A stretch of DNA of 64,000 bases from Acidimicrobiia bacterium (GTDB lineage Bacteria > Actinomycetota > Acidimicrobiia > Spongiisociales > ZC4RG35): the NCBI GenBank assembly GCA_025937235.1, contig JAICRU010000003.1, positions 2,119 to 66,118 on the forward strand. Direction: 5' to 3'. The number at the start of each line of letters is the position of its first letter. The stretch's first letter is position 1. The position numbers were made by a program, and so were the translations under genes. Below, one piece after another: positions 46,120 to 55,697 of this stretch. The notes under the pieces were generated by a model. The model was not told the origin of the DNA. It saw only the letters and a list, made by a program, of their open reading frames with translations, and did no database searches.

Positions 46120-47427
46120 GTGAGCGGCGTCTTCCACTACCTCAAGGAACCGATCCCCACACCTGAGGAGCTCACCAGGGAGGTGGCGGAGACCGTCTCG
46201 TCGATCATCTCCGAAGTCGAACGGGAGGGCACCGAGGCCGTGCGCCGCCACTCGAAGCGTCTGGACGGATGGGATCCACCCTCCTTTCGGGTGGGGTCGG
46301 CCGAGATCGAGGCGGCCTACGAGGAGATGGAGACCGGGGTCGAGGAGTCAGCCCGATTCTTGATCGAGCAGGTGACCAACTTCGCCCGCCTGCAGCGTGA
46401 CACCCTGGTCGATTTCGAGACCGAGACCCTCCCCGGTGTGATCCTGGGCCAGCGTCATATTCCGGTCGGATCGGTCGGCGCATATTCGCCTGGCGGCATG
46501 TATCCGTTGATTGCCTCGGTGGTGATGACGGTGGCCACCGCCAGGGTCGCCGGGGTGCCGCGGGTGATAGCCGCCGCGCCGCCCCGCGACGAGCGTGGCA
46601 TGCATCGCCCCCAGCTATGGGCGATGGCCGAGTGCGGCGCAGATGAGATCTTCTGTGTCGGAGGGGTCCAGGCCCTCGCCGGCATGGCCTTCGGGCTGGA
46701 GGGCTCGGATCCGGTGGACATGATCGTCGGCCCGGGCAACGCATATGTCGCCGAGGCCAAGAGACAGCTGTTCGGCAAGGTGGGGATAGACCTCCTCGCC
46801 GGGCCCACCGAGATAATGATCATCGCCGACGAGACCGCAGACCCATCGGTGGTGGCCTGCGACCTCCTCGGCCAGGCCGAGCACGGTCCGACGTCGCCGG
46901 CGATCCTCGCCACCACCAGCGAGAGCCTGGGGCGGGCCACCATCGACCAGGTCCAATGGTGGCTGGAGCGCTGGCCCACCGCCGAGGTCGCCGGGGCCGC
47001 CTGGCGCGACTTCGGGGCCGTGATCTTGTGTGACGACGACGATGACATGCTGCGGGTCGCCGACGAGATCGCACCGGAGCATCTGGAGGTCCAGACCCGG
47101 GACCCGGACTGGTTCGTCGGACGACTCTCCAACTTCGGGAGCTTGTTCATCGGGACCCACGCCACCGTCGCCTACTCGGACAAGGCCATCGGCACCAACC
47201 ACACCCTTCCCACCAAACGTGCGGCCCGATACACCGGGGGGTTGTGGGTGGGGAAGTTCCTCAAGACGGTGACTACCCAACGTTGTGCGCCCGAGGGGTC
47301 GAAGCAGGTGGCGGAGCCCGCTGCTGTGGTGGCCGACGCCGAGCTGATGGCCGGTCACGCCATCAGCGCCCGGCTCAGGCTCAATCCGGAGTTCTTCCCC
47401 GACGTCCTGGATGTCGACGATGCCTGA
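46120..47427 (+). CDS. Histidinol-dehydrogenase-family (HisD-like) NAD-dependent dehydrogenase
   Basis: GGMYPL, GPGNAYVAEAKR, AGPTE, DLLGQAEHGP, APEHLE, YSDKAIGTNHTLPT. The start is GTG 46120 (MSGVFHYLKEP) or GTG 46096. The track ORF is 5'-extended to 45736. Confidence 0.85.
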   Translation: MSGVFHYLKEPIPTPEELTREVAETVSSIISEVEREGTEAVRRHSKRLDGWDPPSFRVGSAEIEAAYEEMETGVEESARFLIEQVTNFARLQRDTLVDFETETLPGVILGQRHIPVGSVGAYSPGGMYPLIASVVMTVATARVAGVPRVIAAAPPRDERGMHRPQLWAMAECGADEIFCVGGVQALAGMAFGLEGSDPVDMIVGPGNAYVAEAKRQLFGKVGIDLLAGPTEIMIIADETADPSVVACDLLGQAEHGPTSPAILATTSESLGRATIDQVQWWLERWPTAEVAGAAWRDFGAVILCDDDDDMLRVADEIAPEHLEVQTRDPDWFVGRLSNFGSLFIGTHATVAYSDKAIGTNHTLPTKRAARYTGGLWVGKFLKTVTTQRCAPEGSKQVAEPAAVVADAELMAGHAISARLRLNPEFFPDVLDVDDA

Positions 47428-48196
47428 GCCGCCGGTGAGCATCGTGACCGGGGCCAGCCAGGGCATCGGGAGGGTCATCGCACTGGAGCTCGCGGCCAGG
47501 GGTGACGTCATGGTGCTCGCCGCGCGCAACATCGAGGGTCTGAAGGAGACGGGGGCAGCGATCGAGGAGGCGGGTGGGCGGCACCTGGTGATGGAGACGG
47601 ACGTGACGGATCGGGCCTCCATCGCCGACATGGTGTCCGGGGTCACCCGAGACCTGGGGCGGATCGACAACCTGGTCAACAACAGCGGGGTGGGCGGCCC
47701 GAGTGGCACGCTTTGGGAGGTCGACGCCGACGAGTGGCGGTCGACCTTCCAAGTCAACGTGTTCGGCGTGTTCGAAGTCACCAGGGCGGTCATCCCCGTG
47801 ATGATCGGGCAGGGCGCGGGCTCGATTGTCATCGTCGGATCGATCAGCGGGAAGCGCCCCCTCTACGGGCGGTCTGCCTATACCACCACCAAGACCGCTC
47901 TCATCGGTCTGACCAGGACACTCGCCATCGAGGCCGGCGAGCACGGGATCCGAGTCAACTTGATATCGCCCGGCTTCGTCTCCGGCCCGCGCATCGAATG
48001 GGTGATGCGGGCCCAGTCCGAGGCGCGGGGCATCGACGTCGAGGAAGTCCGCCGGGAGTTCGAGAGCGAGTCCCCGATGGGGCGGCTCACCGATCCCGGC
48101 GACGTGGCCAGGACGGTCGGCTTCCTCACATCGGAGGCCGCCGCCGGGATCACCGGCGCCGACATCAACGTCAACTCCGGGGTGGTGATGTATTGA
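47411..48196 (+). CDS. Classical SDR oxidoreductase
   Basis: TGASQGIGR, NNSG, GSISG...SAYTTTKTAL (Ser-Tyr-Lys intact). Confidence 0.9.
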   Translation: MSTMPEPPVSIVTGASQGIGRVIALELAARGDVMVLAARNIEGLKETGAAIEEAGGRHLVMETDVTDRASIADMVSGVTRDLGRIDNLVNNSGVGGPSGTLWEVDADEWRSTFQVNVFGVFEVTRAVIPVMIGQGAGSIVIVGSISGKRPLYGRSAYTTTKTALIGLTRTLAIEAGEHGIRVNLISPGFVSGPRIEWVMRAQSEARGIDVEEVRREFESESPMGRLTDPGDVARTVGFLTSEAAAGITGADINVNSGVVMY

Positions 48197-48209
48197 GCAA
48201 AGGAGAGCG

Positions 48210-48896
48210 ATGAGCCGATTGGTCGACCTGTCCCAACCGATCTATGAGGGGATGAAGGTATATCCGGGCCACCTGAAGACGGTGACCTTCCAGCACGTGA
48301 CCCACGAGGAGACCAGCCCTCGATTCACGTCCGAGTTCTCCTTCCAGACATGGGGGTTCATGCTCAACGACAACGGGCCCACCCACGTCGACTCGTTCAG
48401 CCATCTCGATCCCGACCCGTCGGCGCCGACGATCGAGCAGATGGACCTGGGTCTGTTCTATGGGCCGGCGGTTTGTCTCGACGTCTCGGGGACACCACCC
48501 CGCACAGACATCACGGCCGCCGACCTCGACGCCGCGCTGGAAGCATCCGGGCTCGAGCTAGTGGCCGGCGACCATTGCTTCTTCTACACCGCCACGTTCG
48601 ACCGTCATCACGACAAGCCCGAGTATCTGACCGACTTCGCAGGGCTGGGCGAGTCGGCATGTGACTGGATCCTGGACAAGGGGATCACCACGTTCGGAGT
48701 CGACTCGCCGACGCCGGACAACCCGATGTCGACCGAATACCCGGTCCATCTCATGTGCCGTCACCAGAGGAAGACCCACTACGAGAACCTGGTGCTCACC
48801 GAGGTGGTGGGCAAGCGCTTCATCTTCGTCGGCTTCCCCCTCAAGGTGGTCGGGGCCCACGGCGGCCCTACCCGCGCCGTCGCCATCGTGGAGTGA
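48210..48896 (+). CDS. Cyclase-family (kynurenine-formamidase fold) metal hydrolase
   Basis: NGPTHVDSFSHL (HxD...H) motif. AAGGAG SD. Confidence 0.82.
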   Translation: MSRLVDLSQPIYEGMKVYPGHLKTVTFQHVTHEETSPRFTSEFSFQTWGFMLNDNGPTHVDSFSHLDPDPSAPTIEQMDLGLFYGPAVCLDVSGTPPRTDITAADLDAALEASGLELVAGDHCFFYTATFDRHHDKPEYLTDFAGLGESACDWILDKGITTFGVDSPTPDNPMSTEYPVHLMCRHQRKTHYENLVLTEVVGKRFIFVGFPLKVVGAHGGPTRAVAIVE

Positions 48897-48927
48897 TCCA
48901 CCCCTTTACCGATACCGAGGCGATGCG

Positions 48928-49680
48928 TCAGGCCGGGGCAGGGGCCGGGTGCATCTCCTCGAACCGGCCCAGGATCTCGGCCTGGAGGGTGGCGACCTTG
49001 GGATCGGTGGCCCGCCTGGGGTGGGGGAGATCGATGGTGATGTCATCGAAGATGCGGCCCCCGGGGGCGAGGACGATGATCCGATCGGATAGCTGGACCG
49101 CCTCGACCACATCGTGGGTGACGAAGAGGACCGTCTTGCGCGTTGCCGACCACAGTTCCTGCAGATGGTCACGCAACGATCGGGCGGTTATGGCGTCCAG
49201 ATGGCTGAACGGCTCGTCCATGAGCAGCAGATCGGGCTCGACCGAGAAGGCTCGGGCGATACCGACCCGTTGCTGCATGCCACCCGAAAGCTGACCAGGG
49301 AACATGTCATGGGTGTGGCTCAGCCCGACCATGTCGAGATATCGGGTGGCCCTGGTCTCGCCTGCTTCCCCGTCGTCTCTCACGTAGAGCATGTTGTCCA
49401 TGACGGTCCGCCAGGGAAGGAGGCGGGCATCCTGGAACACATAGCCGAGATGGGCGGGGCGCCCACTCTCTGTTACGGAGACGGTGCCGCTGGTCGGCGT
49501 CTCGACACCAGACAGGATGTTGAGCAGGGTGCTCTTGCCACAGCCGGAGGGCCCCACGATCGAGGCGAAGACATTTCCTTCGACCTCGAGCGAGATGTCG
49601 CCGATGGCCACGACCGGGTCACCTCCCTTGGTCGGCGGAGGGAACGTCTTCGTCAGACGCTTGATGACTACCTGTGCCAT
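48928..49680 (-). CDS. ABC transporter ATPase, NitT/TauT (nitrate/sulfonate/taurine) family
   Basis: GPSGCGKST, VFQDARLLPW, LSGGMQQRVGIARA, LLMDEPFSHLD. Confidence 0.9.
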   Translation of the reverse strand: MAQVVIKRLTKTFPPPTKGGDPVVAIGDISLEVEGNVFASIVGPSGCGKSTLLNILSGVETPTSGTVSVTESGRPAHLGYVFQDARLLPWRTVMDNMLYVRDDGEAGETRATRYLDMVGLSHTHDMFPGQLSGGMQQRVGIARAFSVEPDLLLMDEPFSHLDAITARSLRDHLQELWSATRKTVLFVTHDVVEAVQLSDRIIVLAPGGRIFDDITIDLPHPRRATDPKVATLQAEILGRFEEMHPAPAPA

Positions 49681-49681
49681 G

Positions 49682-50554
49682 TCATAGACCTACCTGTTCC
49701 TCTTCGATCTCGATGAAGTCGACCTCCTTCTGGTCCCTCCACCGGAAGGCGCGGGCCTGGAGGCGGTTCAGGATCACCCGGTCGACGAGCACGATGAAGA
49801 CGATGAAGACGATCACCCAGCCGACGAAGCCTCGGTACCGGTTGGCGTCGAACCAGTAGCGGGTGCGGAATCCCACTCCTGCCTGACCGCTGAACCATTC
49901 GGAGAGGAGGATGCCATTCCACCCGATGATGATGGCGAAGCGCAGGCCGGCGAAGATGTAGCCGGCGACCGCAGGCACGGTGAGATGACGGAACTGCTTC
50001 CATTTCCCCACCTCGAATGCGGTCGACATGTTTCGCAGCTCGGGGGCGATGGCGCGCACCCCTTGAGCCACGTTGATGGCGACGAACGGAAAGGCGCTGA
50101 ACGCAACCGTCAGGACCGGAGCCTGCCAGGTGATCCCGAACCACATCGTGGTGAGGAAGGCCCAGACAAACGCTGGCATGGTGAGCAGGACAAGCACCGT
50201 GTCGCTGAGCAAGGCTCGGGCCAGGCTCGACGATCCGATCAGGATCCCCACCAGAAGTCCGCTGATGAAACCGAAGAAGAGCCCGAGCGAGAAGCGCTGC
50301 AAGGTCACGGCGAAGTGCTCGAAGAACTGGCCCCGGACGATTCCCCCATGGGGGCCGCCGGTGATCTCGACAAAGAGGAAATTGGCGACGACGGCCGGCC
50401 CGGGGACCCGCGGGGCGATGACTGTGAGCAGCTGCCAGGCGCCGATGAACACCACGGCGGCTGTGATCTGGGCGCCGACCGGTGAGGCCAGCCAGCGTCG
50501 GAGCCCCCCTTGGGGGGCGGGAGCCTCGGGCAGGGCGACCGGTGCCGCGGTCAT
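49682..50554 (-). CDS. ABC transporter permease (NitT/TauT type)
   Basis: 290 aa, 6 TM, BPD_transp_1-like loop. Confidence 0.85.
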   Translation of the reverse strand: MTAAPVALPEAPAPQGGLRRWLASPVGAQITAAVVFIGAWQLLTVIAPRVPGPAVVANFLFVEITGGPHGGIVRGQFFEHFAVTLQRFSLGLFFGFISGLLVGILIGSSSLARALLSDTVLVLLTMPAFVWAFLTTMWFGITWQAPVLTVAFSAFPFVAINVAQGVRAIAPELRNMSTAFEVGKWKQFRHLTVPAVAGYIFAGLRFAIIIGWNGILLSEWFSGQAGVGFRTRYWFDANRYRGFVGWVIVFIVFIVLVDRVILNRLQARAFRWRDQKEVDFIEIEEEQVGL

Positions 50555-51384
50555 GCCTCACGCTCCCACTGACGCCACCTGAACAGACGTCGCTCCAGGC
50601 GCACCAGGATGAACCGCTCGATGAGCAGCATGAACAGGACGAAGAGGAGGACCCAGGCGATGACGCCTGGCATGTTGAACAGTTGATAGTTGCGTCTTAT
50701 CTGGAACCCGATCCCTTTCGACGACCCGAAGACCTCGGTGAGAGTCCCCACTTTCCAGGCCAGTGAGAACGAGAGCCTGACCCCGGCGAAGACGAAGGGG
50801 AGCACCGAGGGGATCACGACGTGGCGGAACACCTGCCGCTCGTTCCGGCCGTAGGCGGTGCTCATGTCGACGAGACGGCGGTCGACACCTCTCATCCCTT
50901 CTGCCACGTTTATCGCCACATAGGGCATGGCGATCAGGCCCACGGCCAGAACCGGGCCCCAGAAGGAGATCCCGAAGACGACAAATGCCATCACCGCATA
51001 GGTGAGGCCGGGGATCGACCCCGCCACGACCACGGGGGACTGGAGGAAGTTGCTCCAGTACTTCGACCGGCCCATGAGCAGCCCCACCGGGGTCCCGATC
51101 AGGACGGCGGCGAAGAACCCGGCCACCACCCTGACGATGCTGGCCCAGAACTGGGCCCAGAAGTCCTCCTGGAGAATGGCCAGGACCTCCTGGAACACCC
51201 GACCGGGGGACGGGAGACGTGCCTCGGAGCCGACCCAGAGAGCGAGCAGCCACCAGAGCCCGATGAACACGAGCCAGCCCAGCACGACCAGCGCGTACCG
51301 CCGCCGGCGTGCGCCGGCGGCGGTACGCAGCACCTGACCCTGGTCCAGATCCTGCCGGATGGATTCGGCGACGGTGTCGGTCAT
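50551..51384 (-). CDS. ABC transporter permease (NitT/TauT type), second copy
   Basis: 277 aa, paralogous to the downstream permease. 4-nt overlap. Confidence 0.85.
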   Translation of the reverse strand: MTDTVAESIRQDLDQGQVLRTAAGARRRRYALVVLGWLVFIGLWWLLALWVGSEARLPSPGRVFQEVLAILQEDFWAQFWASIVRVVAGFFAAVLIGTPVGLLMGRSKYWSNFLQSPVVVAGSIPGLTYAVMAFVVFGISFWGPVLAVGLIAMPYVAINVAEGMRGVDRRLVDMSTAYGRNERQVFRHVVIPSVLPFVFAGVRLSFSLAWKVGTLTEVFGSSKGIGFQIRRNYQLFNMPGVIAWVLLFVLFMLLIERFILVRLERRLFRWRQWEREA

Positions 51385-51388
51385 CCTC

Positions 51389-52444
51389 TCAAGGGGTCAG
51401 TATCTCGAAGCGAGGGTTCTCCTCATCCTCCTCCATGAAGCCGTTCTCCCGCATGATGTCGAACATCGGGAGCTCGGCATCGAGCCATTCCTGGTCGAGG
51501 TACACCGAAGTGACGAACCAGTCGTGCTCGGCCAGCCAGTCCTGCATGAAGGCGATCTGATCGTCACCTTCGACCGCGAAATGCTGGGGGTAGCTGGCGA
51601 TGATGTCCGCCTTGTTGGCCTGCCACTCGTCGATGCCCCGCTGCCAGAGCTGCATGAAGAAGGCGATCTCGTCCGGATGATCGTCGTACCACTCTCCGTC
51701 GGCCAGGAACACATTGATCATGGGGCCCTCGTGACCCGGGTTGCCTGCGATCTCCTCACCGTAGAGCTCGGCCGAGGTCCGCCCGTCGTACAGGACACGC
51801 AGCTCCTCGTTGATGAGCTCGTTCACAGCGAAGTCGGGCAGCACCAGGCCCGCTGCGGTCTCCTCGGCCGCCGTTGCCGGGCCGGTGTTGGTTATGTCGA
51901 TCTGAGTCAGCTCGAAGTCCCCGCCCCCGGTGCGGAAGTCGAGACCATGGATCTCGGATGCGATGACGCCCCAGATCAATGTCGACGACACCGAGTCCCA
52001 GACTGCCAGGCTCTGACCGTTGAGGTCCTCCAGGGTCTGGCTCGTGGTGTCCGAAGCGGGCACCGCCAGGACCGAGCGGTCGATGTTGTACTTGCCGAAG
52101 ACCACCGAGTCGGTCCCCGCCTGGGCGTCCAGGGCCGGGACCTCGAAGTCACCAACCGAGACGATGTCGGCGAACCCGCCGGCGTAGATACCGAACTCGT
52201 CCCAGGTCACCTGGGCCAGGATGCAGATCCCGGACTCCTGCTCCATCTCGTCCTTGATCCCGCTGTCGTTGAGATAGTCCCAAACCGGGTCGGGTGCGAA
52301 GGTGAAGCGGATGACCCGGTCACAACCGGCCTCGCCGCCATCTCCTCCTCCCCCCTCCGTCTCCTCGGTGGCCCCATCGTCGCCACATGCCGCGATCACC
52401 AGTGCCATCGCCAGCAGCACGGCCAGTATGCCTCTTGTCTTCAT
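51389..52444 (-). CDS. ABC transporter substrate-binding lipoprotein (NMT1/TauA-like)
   Basis: Lipobox LVIAAC|G. 351 aa. First gene of the four-gene importer operon. Confidence 0.78.
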   Translation of the reverse strand: MKTRGILAVLLAMALVIAACGDDGATEETEGGGGDGGEAGCDRVIRFTFAPDPVWDYLNDSGIKDEMEQESGICILAQVTWDEFGIYAGGFADIVSVGDFEVPALDAQAGTDSVVFGKYNIDRSVLAVPASDTTSQTLEDLNGQSLAVWDSVSSTLIWGVIASEIHGLDFRTGGGDFELTQIDITNTGPATAAEETAAGLVLPDFAVNELINEELRVLYDGRTSAELYGEEIAGNPGHEGPMINVFLADGEWYDDHPDEIAFFMQLWQRGIDEWQANKADIIASYPQHFAVEGDDQIAFMQDWLAEHDWFVTSVYLDQEWLDAELPMFDIMRENGFMEEDEENPRFEILTP

Positions 52445-52494
52445 CTCTCCTCCTGCTCGGGCCCCCCCCAGTCGTCGATCGTTCTGTCAAACGT

Positions 52495-52525
52495 TTGCGG
52501 TCGGGCGTGATCGATCCTATACAAT
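52495..52525 (+). promoter_or_regulatory. Candidate sigma-70-type promoter TTGCGG-n17-TATACAAT upstream of the peroxiredoxin gene
   Basis: Read from sequence. About 24 nt before the GAGG SD and ATG 52549. Untested. Confidence 0.3.
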
Positions 52526-52548
52526 GCGTGATATAGATGAGTGAGGTA

Positions 52549-53037
52549 ATGGCATCTTCCGGCCCGCTCCCGACCGGGGCAATCGCCCCCGATTTCACCC
52601 TCCGTCGCACCTTCGAGGAGACGGTGACCCTGAGCGACCTCCTCGCCCGTGGCCCGGTGGTGGTCGCCTTCTACGTCTTCGACTTCGGGAACATATGAAG
52701 TCATGAGTTGTCCCAGTTCGGGGCAAAGATCGGCGAGATCCGGGGGATGGGTGTGGAGCTGGTGGCGATCGCGGTGACCCCGACCTTCGCCCAGATGGCT
52801 TTTGCCGAGAAGCTGGGGATCGACTTCCCGCTGCTCAGCGACTGGGAGGGCACGACGAGCGCCGCCTACGGGGTGCGATACGACACCTGGAAAGGTCACC
52901 GCGGGCTGGCCAAACGCTCGGTTTTCGTCATCGACCACGATGCCCGGATCCGCTACGTCTGGAGCAACGACGACGCCCTCACCCTCCCCGAGTTCGATGA
53001 GGTGATGGAGGCGATCGCCGCGGTCGCCCGTACGTGA
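52549..53037 (+). CDS. AhpC/TSA (peroxiredoxin/redoxin) family protein with in-frame TGA (putative selenocysteine) at 52696..52698
   Basis: Own translation from ATG 52549 (GAGG SD): MASSGPLPTGAIAPDFTLRRTFEETVTLSDLLARGPVVVAFYVFDFGNI-U-SHELSQFGAKIGEI... It continues in frame into track ORF 52708..53037. U sits at the peroxidatic Cys position. Conserved Arg in AKRSVFVID. Confidence 0.8.
52708..52726 (+). promoter_or_regulatory. SECIS-like hairpin UUGUCCC-AGUUC-GGGGCAA, 9 nt after the UGA
   Basis: 7-bp stem (one G-U pair) with a 5-nt loop, read from sequence. Confidence 0.45.
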
Positions 53038-53091
53038 TTGGGAGGCGCAGCCTCGGATATGACATCTGCTCGTCCGATTTCGAGGTCGTGA

Positions 53092-54756
53092 TCACTCCAC
53101 CGCTACCGGGGCCAGGGCGTCGATGTCGGTGACCACGTCGAGGATGACGGGGCGTTCGGCGGATAGGGCGCGGTCGAAGGCGGGGGCGAGATCGGCCGGC
53201 TTCTCGACCCGGATCCCGATGGCGCCGATCTCCTCGGCGAGGGCAGCGAAGTCGACCTCGGTGAACACCCACATCTCCAGGGCCTTCTCGGTCTGCTTGC
53301 CGCCGTAGACCCGGTCGAAGCCACGCTTCGATTGGTTCCCGGAGTGGTTGTCATTGACCACGGTGATGGTGTTGATCCCCCAACGGACCGCGGTCTCGAT
53401 CTCGGCGACGTGGTACCAGAACCCCGAGTCCCCGGTGAAACACACCACAGGCCGATCGGGCTGTGCGCACTTGGCGCCCAGGGATGCAGGAAAAGCCCAG
53501 CCCAGATGTCCGGCGCTCCTCATGTAGGACTGGGTCGGCGATGTCAGGTCGAACATCCCGCCCATCCACATCCCGGCGTGGCCGGTGTCCACCACCACGA
53601 TGCCGTCATCGGGTACGAGGTCGGTGAGCTCGGCGGTGAGACGTTCCGGGCGCATCGGGACCTGATCAGACTCGAGCAGGGGGGCGAACTCGAGCCGCCA
53701 GTCGATCACGTGCTGAGCCGCGACATTCGCCCAGGCCCGATCGGGCTTGACATCGCCAGCCAGCTCGACCATGCGCTGGAGGGCGGTCCGAACATCGGCG
53801 TTGATCGCGACCTCGGCCGGATAATTCCGACCCAGGGCCTCGGGGTCGATGTCGATCTGGACGACACGGGCGCCGAGCGGCGGCACCTTCCAGAAATGGG
53901 TGGTCATGCCTCCGGTCTCGGTGCCCACGAAGAAGACCAGGTCGGCGTCGAGCACGACCCGGTTGGCCGATGCCCGTGAGTAGGTGCCCACCACCCCGAC
54001 CGAGAGCGGGTGGGTGCCTGGGATCACGTCCTTGCCGTTGAGCGAGGTGGCCACCGGGATGGCGAGCCGCTCAGCGAGGGCCACGAGGGCATCGCCGGCC
54101 CGCGAGGCCCTCACCCCACCGCCGGCCACGATCACCGGCCGTTCCGCCCCTGCCAGCAGACCGAGGGCAGCGGACAGGTCGGCGTCGGCGGCAAAGGGCC
54201 GGAAGGGGGGGATCGAGGCGAACTGCGGCTCGCAAATGGCGTCCATCTTCGACTCGGCGGCATCGATCTGGCCTTCGTTGCCGGCGAACTGGAGATGGAC
54301 CGGGCCGGGCGCCCCGGTGGTCGCCACACGGAAGGCCTGCCGGAGCATGTCCGGGATCCGCTCCACAGCGTCGATGGTGACGTTCATCTTGGTCACCGAC
54401 TCGAAGGCGGGGACGTCGTCCACCTCCTGATAGACCTTGCGGAACTTGGTGTGGGGATCCCGTCCTCCGGTCATCGCGATCACCGGGGAGTGGGCCAGGA
54501 AGGCGTCGCGAAGACCAGCGGCCAGGTTGTGGGCGCCGACCACCTGGGCGGCACAGACCCCGGGCCGGCCCGAGGCCCGGGCAAAGCCGTCGGCCATGTA
54601 GGCGGCCGATGCCTCCCCGTGGGGCCGGACTCGCTTGATCGAGGTATGCCGCTCGAGCTCGACCATGGTGCGCCGGAGCACGGCAGGGACGTGGAAGAGA
54701 TGAGTGACGCCGTAGCCATCCAGCATCTCGGCGAGGACGCGGGCGCCGGTCATCAT
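53092..54756 (-). CDS. Thiamine-diphosphate-dependent enzyme (acetolactate synthase / oxalyl-CoA decarboxylase superfamily), specificity unknown
   Basis: From MMTGARVLAEML (AAGGAGGGAG SD). HGEASAAYMADGFARASGRPGVC. ThDP motif GDSGF...NDNHSGN. The track ORF is 5'-extended. Confidence 0.88.
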   Translation of the reverse strand: MMTGARVLAEMLDGYGVTHLFHVPAVLRRTMVELERHTSIKRVRPHGEASAAYMADGFARASGRPGVCAAQVVGAHNLAAGLRDAFLAHSPVIAMTGGRDPHTKFRKVYQEVDDVPAFESVTKMNVTIDAVERIPDMLRQAFRVATTGAPGPVHLQFAGNEGQIDAAESKMDAICEPQFASIPPFRPFAADADLSAALGLLAGAERPVIVAGGGVRASRAGDALVALAERLAIPVATSLNGKDVIPGTHPLSVGVVGTYSRASANRVVLDADLVFFVGTETGGMTTHFWKVPPLGARVVQIDIDPEALGRNYPAEVAINADVRTALQRMVELAGDVKPDRAWANVAAQHVIDWRLEFAPLLESDQVPMRPERLTAELTDLVPDDGIVVVDTGHAGMWMGGMFDLTSPTQSYMRSAGHLGWAFPASLGAKCAQPDRPVVCFTGDSGFWYHVAEIETAVRWGINTITVVNDNHSGNQSKRGFDRVYGGKQTEKALEMWVFTEVDFAALAEEIGAIGIRVEKPADLAPAFDRALSAERPVILDVVTDIDALAPVAVE

Positions 54757-55199
54757 CAGGCTCCCTCCTTCGTCGCATCCCGCGCCACCTCGGTCTCGAG
54801 GGGGCTCAACAGGAACCTGGCGGTCCCCGTCGTGGTCGTGGTGCCGTCCGGTTTGCGGGCCCACAACTCCAGATCGACCCCTTCGTCATCTGAACTGATG
54901 ACCTCTCCACCGCACTCCAGGGTGTCACCGAGATAGGCAGGGGCGAGATGCCGATAGCTGATCGTCTTCAGGCGTGCAGTGTCCCCTAGCCAGGACTCTG
55001 CGGTCTGCACCAGGTAGACACCTTGCAGAGGCCCGTGGATCAGCAGGCCGGGGTGGCCGTCGTGCTCGGTGGTGAACTGAGTGTCGTAATGGATTCGGTG
55101 GAGCAGCCAGGAAGAAGCGCTGAACATGAAGAGGTCGAGGGCAGAGGGGGTGCGATGCAGTATTGGTGCCTTCTCGCCGACTGGTGGCAGGACGCTCAT
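54756..55199 (-). CDS. MaoC-like hot-dog fold hydratase subunit
   Basis: 147 aa. SASSWLLHRIHYDTQFT...LLIHGPLQ. 1-nt stop/start overlap with the ThDP gene. Confidence 0.8.
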   Translation of the reverse strand: MSVLPPVGEKAPILHRTPSALDLFMFSASSWLLHRIHYDTQFTTEHDGHPGLLIHGPLQGVYLVQTAESWLGDTARLKTISYRHLAPAYLGDTLECGGEVISSDDEGVDLELWARKPDGTTTTTGTARFLLSPLETEVARDATKEGA

Positions 55200-55687
55200 C
55201 GATAGATCCTGGTGAAGTTCTCCCGGGCGACCAGGTGGCCCCGCTGGTTGGTGAAGGTGAACTCCATCTCGACAAAGACCAGCGGACCGCTCCGCCCCTC
55301 CTTCTCGTACATTCGGGCCAGGCGCTTCTCGACCCTGATCACGTCACCTGCCACTACGGGCTCACTGAGCTCGACCTTGGTCTCGCCGGCCATGGCCCGA
55401 CGGGTGGGCAGAGGGGGGACGTCGGCGCTAGGTGAGCCGTCCGGCTCGAGCTGGTCGGTCGGGACCAGCGCCGATGCGTGCATCCGGACCACATAGGTGA
55501 ACAGCGTGGGCGCGACTACGTCGGCGTACCCGGCTGCCACGGCGGCGTCACGGTCGAAGTGGATCGGGTTGGTCTCGCCGGTGGCGTGGGCGAAGCGAGC
55601 GATGTCGACCGCGGTCACCTGCATCTCGAAACCTGGGTATTCCCGGTCTGCCCAGCTCCGGGCCTCTTCGGTGATGACCCCCATCAC
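55196..55687 (-). CDS. MaoC-like hot-dog fold hydratase subunit (hydratase-2 motif)
   Basis: 163 aa. FAHATGETNPIHFDRDAAVAAG. ATGA overlap with the downstream subunit. Confidence 0.8.
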   Translation of the reverse strand: MMGVITEEARSWADREYPGFEMQVTAVDIARFAHATGETNPIHFDRDAAVAAGYADVVAPTLFTYVVRMHASALVPTDQLEPDGSPSADVPPLPTRRAMAGETKVELSEPVVAGDVIRVEKRLARMYEKEGRSGPLVFVEMEFTFTNQRGHLVARENFTRIYR

Positions 55688-55697
55688 AGACCCCCCA

